NCBI GenBank assembly: GCA_949511925.1 | Contig: CATEYX010000022.1 | Span: forward strand, 1 to 51,197 | DNA length: 51,197 nucleotides | Direction: 5' to 3' | Source of the DNA: Cryomorphaceae bacterium | GTDB taxonomy: Bacteria; Bacteroidota; Bacteroidia; Flavobacteriales; BACL11 | Shown: positions 45,452 through 51,197 of the stretch, one piece after another | Position numbering within the stretch: position 1 is the first letter of the stretch | How the letters are laid out: every line of letters begins with the position of its first letter | The notes under the pieces: generated by a model | Databases searched by the model: none | Told to the model about the DNA's origin: nothing | What the model saw: only the letters and a program-made list of their open reading frames with translations | Program-made: the position numbers and the translations under genes

Positions 45452-45537
45452 GAAATTGCAATTCTTTACTTGATTTATGATTTACAAATATGATAAAAAA
45501 AAATTAGATAGACAATGCTGAAAGAAATATTAGCATT

Positions 45538-47514
45538 CTAGTACGAAATCAAGTCTTTCAATTGAGTTTCAAAGCGTGCTTTAGCCAAAAACTCATCTTC
45601 TAATTCATGGGCAAAAGGAACAGGCGTGTCAATTGATGCAGAGCGCTTTACGGGAGCGTCTAAATATTCAAAACATTCATCAGCAATCATTGCTGACAAA
45701 TCAGCTCCAAAACCACCAATCATACAATCTTCATGCAATACAATAGCCCTTCCCGTTTTCTTTACTGAATCCAAAACAAACAATTTATCCAAAGGAACAA
45801 GGGTTCTTAAATCAATTAAATCTGCAGAAATATCAGGATTATTTTTCAAAACTTCCAATGCCCAATGAACTCCCATACCATAAGTTATTATACTTACATC
45901 AGCTCCTATTTTTATACGGTTTGCTTTTCCTATTTCGGTCGTAAAATAAGCATCTGAAACCTTACCACTTAAGCTTCTGTACAAAGCTTTATGTTCAAAA
46001 TACATTACTGGATTTGGGTCATTAATAGCCGCATTTAACAAACCTTTTGCATCCTCAGGAAAGGCAGGGTAAACTACTTTTAATCCTGGAGTATGAGTAA
46101 ACCATGCTTCATTAGATTGAGAATGGAAAGGACCTGCTCCAACTCCTGCCCCTGTAGGCATACGCACTACAACATCTACTTTTTCTCCCCATCTATAATG
46201 AGTTTTTGCCAAGTTATTAATAATCGGGTTGAAACCTGAAGTAACAAAATCAGCAAATTGCATCTCCATTACGGATTTGTATCCGTTAATTGACAATCCT
46301 AATGCAGCACTGACTATGGCTGATTCGCAAATAGGTGTATTGCGCACTCTATCTCTGCCAAATTCATTCATAAAACCATCTGTGATCTTAAATACACCCC
46401 CATAATCAGCAATATCTTGCCCCATAAGAATCAAATTATCATGTTTCTGCATGGATTGTTTTAATCCATCTGAGATAGCATCAATTAGTCGTTTATCTGT
46501 TTTCTCATTTGATGGTTGAATAATTTCAGGAACATAAGGGGCATAAATATCAGCCAACTCTTTTTCAGGAGTTGATGATATCCTTGGCTCTGAATCAGCA
46601 GTAGACCAAGCCGTATTTATTTCAGTTTTTATTTCTTTCTTTAATGCGTCTATTTCTTCTTGGGAAATCAATTTCTCTTTCAATAAAAAAGCTTCATAAT
46701 TTTCAACAGGATCCTTTTTAGCCCACATTTCCATTAAGTCCTTGGGAATATATTTTGTCCCAGAAGCTTCTTCATGTCCTCTCATTCTGAAACTCATACA
46801 TTCCAAAATGACAGGCTTAGGATTTTTAACAATCTGTTCTTTTATATCCTTAACAGCTGAATATACTTCCAAAATATTATTTCCATCAATCGTATAAGCA
46901 TCCATTCCGTAACCAATTCCTTTATCGGCAAATTGCTTACACCTGAATTGTTCAGAGCTTGGAGTGGATAAGCCATATCCATTATTTTCAATTACAAATA
47001 TTACTGGCAAATCCCAAACAGCTGCTACATTAAGTGCTTCATGAAAATCACCTTCACTTGCTCCACCATCACCTGTGAAAACAGCAGTAGTTTTTTTATT
47101 ATCTTTTAATTTATTAGCCAAAGCAATTCCATCAGCCACACCTAATTGAGGTCCTAAATGAGATATCATTCCAATAATATAGTGCTCTTTAGTCCCAAAA
47201 TGAAAAGAACGATCACGCCCTTTTGTAAAACCATTCGCTTTTCCTTGGAACTGTGAAAATAAACGATTCAAAGATACATTTTTAGTCGTGAAAACACCTA
47301 AATTCCTATGCATTGGTAGTAAGTATTCATCCTGACTTAAGGCTGCAGCTACACCTACGGAGATAGCCTCTTGCCCTATTCCTGAAAACCATTTTGAAAT
47401 TTTACCTTGTCTTAATAAAATTAACATCTTTTCCTCAACTAGTCTTGGTGTTAAAATAGACTTATATAAGTCCAATAACTCAACATCTGAAATTCCCTTT
47501 CTATTAAATTGCAT
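45538..47514 (-). CDS. Fused alpha/beta E1 component of a 2-oxoacid (branched-chain type) dehydrogenase
   Basis: 658 aa. TPP-binding motif GDGGASEGDFHEALNVAAVWDLPVIFVIENNGYG in the alpha half and a transketolase-like pyrimidine-binding beta half. No E2 or E3 gene is adjacent. Confidence 0.85.
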   Translation of the reverse strand: MQFNRKGISDVELLDLYKSILTPRLVEEKMLILLRQGKISKWFSGIGQEAISVGVAAALSQDEYLLPMHRNLGVFTTKNVSLNRLFSQFQGKANGFTKGRDRSFHFGTKEHYIIGMISHLGPQLGVADGIALANKLKDNKKTTAVFTGDGGASEGDFHEALNVAAVWDLPVIFVIENNGYGLSTPSSEQFRCKQFADKGIGYGMDAYTIDGNNILEVYSAVKDIKEQIVKNPKPVILECMSFRMRGHEEASGTKYIPKDLMEMWAKKDPVENYEAFLLKEKLISQEEIDALKKEIKTEINTAWSTADSEPRISSTPEKELADIYAPYVPEIIQPSNEKTDKRLIDAISDGLKQSMQKHDNLILMGQDIADYGGVFKITDGFMNEFGRDRVRNTPICESAIVSAALGLSINGYKSVMEMQFADFVTSGFNPIINNLAKTHYRWGEKVDVVVRMPTGAGVGAGPFHSQSNEAWFTHTPGLKVVYPAFPEDAKGLLNAAINDPNPVMYFEHKALYRSLSGKVSDAYFTTEIGKANRIKIGADVSIITYGMGVHWALEVLKNNPDISADLIDLRTLVPLDKLFVLDSVKKTGRAIVLHEDCMIGGFGADLSAMIADECFEYLDAPVKRSASIDTPVPFAHELEDEFLAKARFETQLKDLISY

Positions 47515-47577
47515 CTTTGATTTTGTTTGACGCCAAAACTACTTAATATTTTCTTTACTTTGTTGAAAATTGAAAAG

Positions 47578-47694
47578 ATGAATTGGCAAGCAATAGCAGT
47601 ATTAATTATATTTGGGTTGGCAGTATATTTTCTATATAAAAAATATACAAAAAAGGATGATGATTGTAATAAAGGAAGTTGTTGTGATAATTAA
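47578..47694 (+). CDS. Small Cys-rich membrane protein (FeoB-associated Cys-rich family-like); not in the ORF track
   Basis: 38 aa: MNWQAIAVLIIFGLAVYFLYKKYTKKDDDCNKGSCCDN. One TM helix, a basic stretch, then a Cys-rich tail. It sits in an otherwise empty 238-bp gap. Confidence 0.45.
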   Translation: MNWQAIAVLIIFGLAVYFLYKKYTKKDDDCNKGSCCDN

Positions 47695-47722
47695 TTCTAT
47701 CAAATATAAATAATAGATATAA

Positions 47723-47730
47723 TAAATTTG
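47723..47730 (+). promoter_or_regulatory. -7 promoter box TAAATTTG
   Basis: Exact TAnnTTTG match 22 nt upstream of the ATG at 47753. Confidence 0.3.
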
Positions 47731-47752
47731 TGATAATTACCAAAAATTATAG

Positions 47753-49678
47753 ATGCTAAATAAACAATACATTGAAAATCTGTATAAGCTATCTATTAAG
47801 ATAGCAGCTATTTTAATCTTATATCAGCTTTGCAGACTACTCTTCTTTTTTTATAATTTAGAATATTTTTCAAATATCAATCTAATTGACTATTTAAGGA
47901 TTATTAAGGGGAGTATCCGTTTTGACATCTCAGCTATTTTTTATGTTAATTCACTTGTTATATTATTTAGCTTATTACCTAGTAATTTAATTTTTAAAAG
48001 ATGGTATAAAAATGTAATCTATTATCTTTTCATATACTGTAATTTACTTGGAATTGTAGTAAATATTATAGATGTCTTCTATTATCCGTTTAGTAAAAGT
48101 CGACTTACAATATCATTCTTGAATGAGTTCTCTAATGAAAAAAATATTTTTAGAATATTACTTGAATTCTGCAAGGATTATTGGTTTACAATTCCATTAT
48201 TAGTTATTGTATTCTATATTTTAAAAATTATAGCTAATAAAACTAAAATAGATTCCAAAACGATTCACTTCACTAAGAAAAATATATTTAGTTCTTCAAT
48301 AATATGTCTATTATGCTTGACAACAGTTGTGTTTGGTTTTAGAGGGTCATTCATTTTTAATAATAGGCCAATAACAATAAGTAATGCCGGAAAATACACT
48401 AATAACCCTAATGAGATTTCATTAATAGTTAACACCCCGTTCTCATTAATTAGAACCTATACTCTCCAGGATCTAAAAAGAAAAAATTACTTTAAAGAAA
48501 GTGATTTATTAAAATACACTGATATAGTCAAACTATATAAAAGAAAAAAAATAGTTAAAAAAAATGTTGTCATAATCATTCTTGAAAGTATGTCAACAGA
48601 ATATTATGGATTTTATAATAAAGATCAAAAAGACTATAGCGGATATACTCCATTTTTAGACTCTCTAATTAATCATAGTTATACTTCACATAATTCGTTT
48701 GGAAATGGAACTAAATCAATTGATGCTATTCCATCTATATTAGCAAGCATACCTGCTACAGAATTTCATTTCTCTTTATCAAAATATTGTACTAATAAAA
48801 TAGATGGAATTGGTAGTATTTTAAATAAAGAAGGATATCAAACTTCATTTTTTCACGGAGCACCAAATGGCTCTATGGGCCTTGAATCAATGAATAAACT
48901 ACTAGGAATTAAGAATTATTACGGCATGGATAATTATAATAATAAATCTGATTTTGATGGTGCATGGGGAATATGGGATGATAAATTTTTTAATTATTTC
49001 GCAGATGAATTAAATAATATGAAGGAACCTTTCTTTTCTAGTATATTCAGTTGCTCCTCTCATCATCCTTATAAAATACCAAAAGAGTTTAATAATAAAT
49101 TCAAAAAAGGAAAACACCCAATGCATGAATGTGTACAGTATACTGACCATTCACTTAAACTATTTTTCAATAAGATTAAGCATGAATCATGGTTCAAAAA
49201 CACCTTGTTTGTGATTACGGCAGATCATACAAACATCTCTTTTGAAAAAGAATATCGTTCACCAATAGGTATATTTAGAGTCCCAATAATTTTTTACGAT
49301 CCTTCAAATATTAATCTTAATGAAAAATCAGAAAAAATTATTCAACAGATAGATATCATGCCATCTATCCTTTCGTATTTGGATTATAATAAGCCATTTC
49401 TATCACTTGGAAATAATATATTTAATAATAAAAACGGATTTGCCATTAATTACAATAATGGTTTCCAAATGATTATAGATGAAAAAGTAGTGATATATAA
49501 TGAATTAGAAGAAGAAATAACTAAAATATTTGATTTCACTAAAGATTTAAGTCTAAAACAAAACATAATAAATGATATTGAAAATATAAAGATTGAACAG
49601 TATAAAAATAAAATCCAATCATTTATACAAACATATAATAATCGAATGATTGATAATAATTTTTCCCTTGAAAATTAG
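47753..49678 (+). CDS. LtaS-like sulfatase/phosphoglycerol-transferase family membrane protein
   Basis: 641 aa. About 5 N-terminal TM helices, then an alkaline-phosphatase-superfamily domain (VVIIILESMS, FFHGAPNGSMG, VITADHT). Confidence 0.75.
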   Translation: MLNKQYIENLYKLSIKIAAILILYQLCRLLFFFYNLEYFSNINLIDYLRIIKGSIRFDISAIFYVNSLVILFSLLPSNLIFKRWYKNVIYYLFIYCNLLGIVVNIIDVFYYPFSKSRLTISFLNEFSNEKNIFRILLEFCKDYWFTIPLLVIVFYILKIIANKTKIDSKTIHFTKKNIFSSSIICLLCLTTVVFGFRGSFIFNNRPITISNAGKYTNNPNEISLIVNTPFSLIRTYTLQDLKRKNYFKESDLLKYTDIVKLYKRKKIVKKNVVIIILESMSTEYYGFYNKDQKDYSGYTPFLDSLINHSYTSHNSFGNGTKSIDAIPSILASIPATEFHFSLSKYCTNKIDGIGSILNKEGYQTSFFHGAPNGSMGLESMNKLLGIKNYYGMDNYNNKSDFDGAWGIWDDKFFNYFADELNNMKEPFFSSIFSCSSHHPYKIPKEFNNKFKKGKHPMHECVQYTDHSLKLFFNKIKHESWFKNTLFVITADHTNISFEKEYRSPIGIFRVPIIFYDPSNINLNEKSEKIIQQIDIMPSILSYLDYNKPFLSLGNNIFNNKNGFAINYNNGFQMIIDEKVVIYNELEEEITKIFDFTKDLSLKQNIINDIENIKIEQYKNKIQSFIQTYNNRMIDNNFSLEN

Positions 49679-50525
49679 ATTTATTATTAATCCTATTTCT
49701 GGTTCAGGAAAGCAAAAAGGTATTGAAGAATACATTACTGAACACCTTGAAAATTTTGAAATTATTTACACTAAAAAAGCTGGTGATGCAACTATAATAA
49801 GCAAAGAAGCAGCAAATGAAAACATAGATGCTGTCATAGCCGTAGGTGGTGACGGTACAGTCAATGAATGTCTAAAAAGTTTAGTAAATACCAATACAGC
49901 ACTTGGGGTTATCCCTTGTGGTTCAGGTAACGGATTTGCTTATCATATAGGTATGGATCGTACTACTGAAAAAGCAGTTAAACAACTGAAAAATATACGG
50001 ATTGAGGTTATAGATTCTTGCACAGCAAATGGAGTGCCTTTTGTTAATGTTTCTGGTATAGGTTTTGACGCCCACATTGCGAATTTATTTTCAACTTTAG
50101 CTGAAAGAGGTTTTATAAATTATGTAAAACTGGTATTTAGGGAATTGAGTTATAAAGCAAAGGAATATACCATTCGTTATAACAATATTGAACGAAAAGT
50201 AAATGCTTACATGATAGCCTTTGCCAATGCTAGTCAATATGGAAATGATGCGAAAATTTCACCTATGGCGGATTTTCAAGATGGATTACTAGATTGTGTA
50301 ATTCTTAAAGAATTCCCAAAATGGAAAATTCCATTTTTCATACTAAAAGTGGCTACAGGAAAAGCGCATCTTTCAAAGTATGTTGAAATTATACAATGTC
50401 AAAAAATGACAATAAAGGCAAAAGATACACTCCTTCACTTAGACGGAGAACCTTTCAGAGCTAGTAATCCTATTGAAGTAGCTCTATTGCCAAAATCTTT
50501 AAAAATATTAATTCCCAATGGATAA
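49668..50525 (+). CDS. Diacylglycerol-kinase-family lipid kinase (YegS/BmrU-like)
   Basis: Motifs INPISGSG and AVGGDGTVNE. I prefer the TTG start at 49668 (MKIRFIINPISGSG) over the tracked TTG at 49650. There is no in-frame ATG near the 5' end. Confidence 0.8.
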   Translation: MKIRFIINPISGSGKQKGIEEYITEHLENFEIIYTKKAGDATIISKEAANENIDAVIAVGGDGTVNECLKSLVNTNTALGVIPCGSGNGFAYHIGMDRTTEKAVKQLKNIRIEVIDSCTANGVPFVNVSGIGFDAHIANLFSTLAERGFINYVKLVFRELSYKAKEYTIRYNNIERKVNAYMIAFANASQYGNDAKISPMADFQDGLLDCVILKEFPKWKIPFFILKVATGKAHLSKYVEIIQCQKMTIKAKDTLLHLDGEPFRASNPIEVALLPKSLKILIPNG

Positions 50526-50856
50526 AAATAAGAAAAATAGAAAAGGAGTAATGTATTCTACCAACCCTGATTTTGAGTTTGATTACGAAAATGAGAAAAT
50601 TGATACCTTAGCAAATAATCAGCAAAACCTTAAAGTATGTATTGATAAACATAGGGCAGGAAAAATTGCAATCATCATAAAGGGTTTTGTAGGCAATACG
50701 AACGATTTGAAAGAATTAGGAAAAACACTAAAAGCAAAATGCGGTGTAGGTGGTAGTGCTAAAAATGGTGAGATTATTATACAAGGAGATCTAAGAGATA
50801 AGGTAATGGATATTTTAGCAAAAGAAGGCTATAATTACAAGCGAGTAGGAGGATAA
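50518..50856 (+). CDS. SUI1/eIF1-family translation initiation factor (YciH-like)
   Basis: 112 aa. SUI1 core KIAIIIKGF...DLKELGKTLKAKCGVGGSAKNGEIIIQGD. 8-nt overlap with the kinase gene. Confidence 0.8.
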   Translation: MDKNKKNRKGVMYSTNPDFEFDYENEKIDTLANNQQNLKVCIDKHRAGKIAIIIKGFVGNTNDLKELGKTLKAKCGVGGSAKNGEIIIQGDLRDKVMDILAKEGYNYKRVGG

Positions 50857-50934
50857 ATCTTTAAGAATAAGATTATTAAACTATAATTTTCTAATTCATT
50901 AATAACAGGAACGTACTAACTAAAAAATATTAAG

Positions 50935-51017
50935 TGCCCAGAGCGGGACTCGAACCCGCACGTCTATAAGACACATGACCCTCAATCATGCCTGTCTACC
51001 AATTTCAGCACCTGGGC
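50935..51017 (-). tRNA. tRNA-Leu (anticodon GAG), class II with long variable arm
   Basis: Reverse complement GCCCAGG-TG-CTG-AAATTGGTAGA-CAG-G-CATGA-TTGAGGG-TCATG-TGTCTTATAGACGT-GCGGG-TTCGAGT-CCCGC-TCTGGGC-A folds as a cloverleaf. 83 nt; 3' CCA not encoded. Confidence 0.9.
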
Positions 51018-51028
51018 AAAGTACTATG

Positions 51029-51036
51029 CAAAAATA
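51029..51036 (-). promoter_or_regulatory. -7 promoter box TATTTTTG (minus strand) for tRNA-Leu
   Basis: The plus strand reads caaaaata. It lies 11 nt upstream of the mature tRNA-Leu 5' end and just downstream of the hairpin terminator. Confidence 0.3.
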
Positions 51037-51039
51037 CAT

Positions 51040-51074
51040 AAAAAAAGAATCCCGCTATTAAACGGGATTTTTTT
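51040..51074. terminator. Bidirectional rho-independent terminator between the two tRNA genes
   Basis: Stem aatcccg / cgggatt with an 8-nt loop, flanked by an A7 run on one side and a T7 run on the other. Confidence 0.65.
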
Positions 51075-51079
51075 AGTCT

Positions 51080-51155
51080 TGGTGACCTGGCTGGGGCTCG
51101 AACCCAGGACCCCCTCATTAAAAGTGAGGTGCTCTACCAGCTGAGCTACCAGGTC
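51080..51155 (-). tRNA. tRNA-Lys (anticodon UUU), CCA encoded
   Basis: Reverse complement GACCTGG-TA-GCTC-AGCTGGTA-GAGC-A-CCTCA-CTTTTAA-TGAGG-GGGTC-CTGGG-TTCGAGC-CCCAG-CCAGGTC-A-CCA. 76 nt canonical cloverleaf. Confidence 0.93.
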
Positions 51156-51197
51156 GGTCAAAATCGGCTGCAAATATATTACTTTTCTTTAATCAGA

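Noticed and set aside
45514-45537. Hairpin aatgct-N12-agcatt downstream of the E1 gene as a terminator separating it from the polysaccharide operon.
   Set aside because: The stem is only 6 bp and AT-rich, the loop is 12 nt, and the T run is ~12 nt away. This is too weak to call, so read-through from the E1 gene cannot be excluded.
50935-51155. tRNA pair as the integration site of a genomic island (the polysaccharide locus).
   Set aside because: The tRNAs are ~5.5 kb away from the locus, with housekeeping genes in between. No integrase or direct repeat of a tRNA 3' end was seen.

Overview
This is an AT-rich ~51-kb chromosomal segment that reads as Bacteroidota, probably Flavobacteriia-like. 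Supporting signs are the gldF/gldG gliding genes, T9SS C-terminal sorting tails, a TonB-dependent receptor + DUF4249 pair, TAnnTTTG -7 promoter boxes close to start codons, and no obvious Shine-Dalgarno sites. I call 44 protein genes (one not in the ORF track), 2 tRNAs and 1 decayed pseudogene. I see no rRNA, CRISPR, IS element or prophage.

Layout:
- 1-15.1 kb: housekeeping genes (xerD partial, rsmG, sigma factor, purC, phoH, gldF/G, dnaN, OMPs).
- 15.1-15.7 kb: dead gene.
- 15.7-19.8 kb: comB-gcvT and an amino-acid permease-Usp fusion.
- 19.8-29.4 kb: cell-surface block with two T9SS cargo proteins, a TonB receptor and DUF4249.
- 29.4-34 kb: trxB, recQ, fmt, trmH.
- 34.1-45.5 kb: one minus-strand polysaccharide operon, visibly more AT-rich than its flanks. 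Gene order is wza-wzc-neuB-like-neuA::HAD-orphan-orphan-GT4-GT4-wzx.
- 45.5-51.2 kb: fused E1 dehydrogenase, LtaS-like, lipid kinase, SUI1, tRNA-Leu and tRNA-Lys.

Best candidates for something undescribed:
1. The core of the polysaccharide operon. It holds a SAF-less NeuB-like synthase and a CMP-nonulosonate synthetase fused to an apparently intact KdsC-type phosphatase, which suggests a phosphorylated-intermediate, KDN-like route with no neuC. Next come a three-module orphan (minimal nucleotidyltransferase fold + ParB/sulfiredoxin-like DGAHR module + unknown domain) and an orphan GT-B-like protein with an HHPR motif.
2. A 1042-aa T9SS cargo that combines a CGHC thioredoxin-like domain, a plastocyanin-type blue-copper site, 21-aa LRRs and twin FN3-like modules. 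These domains are separated by a recurring 23-aa Cys-bracketed mini-module.

All calls rest on reading the translations and DNA by eye. No database or HMM search was run, so family names are from memory and need confirmation.
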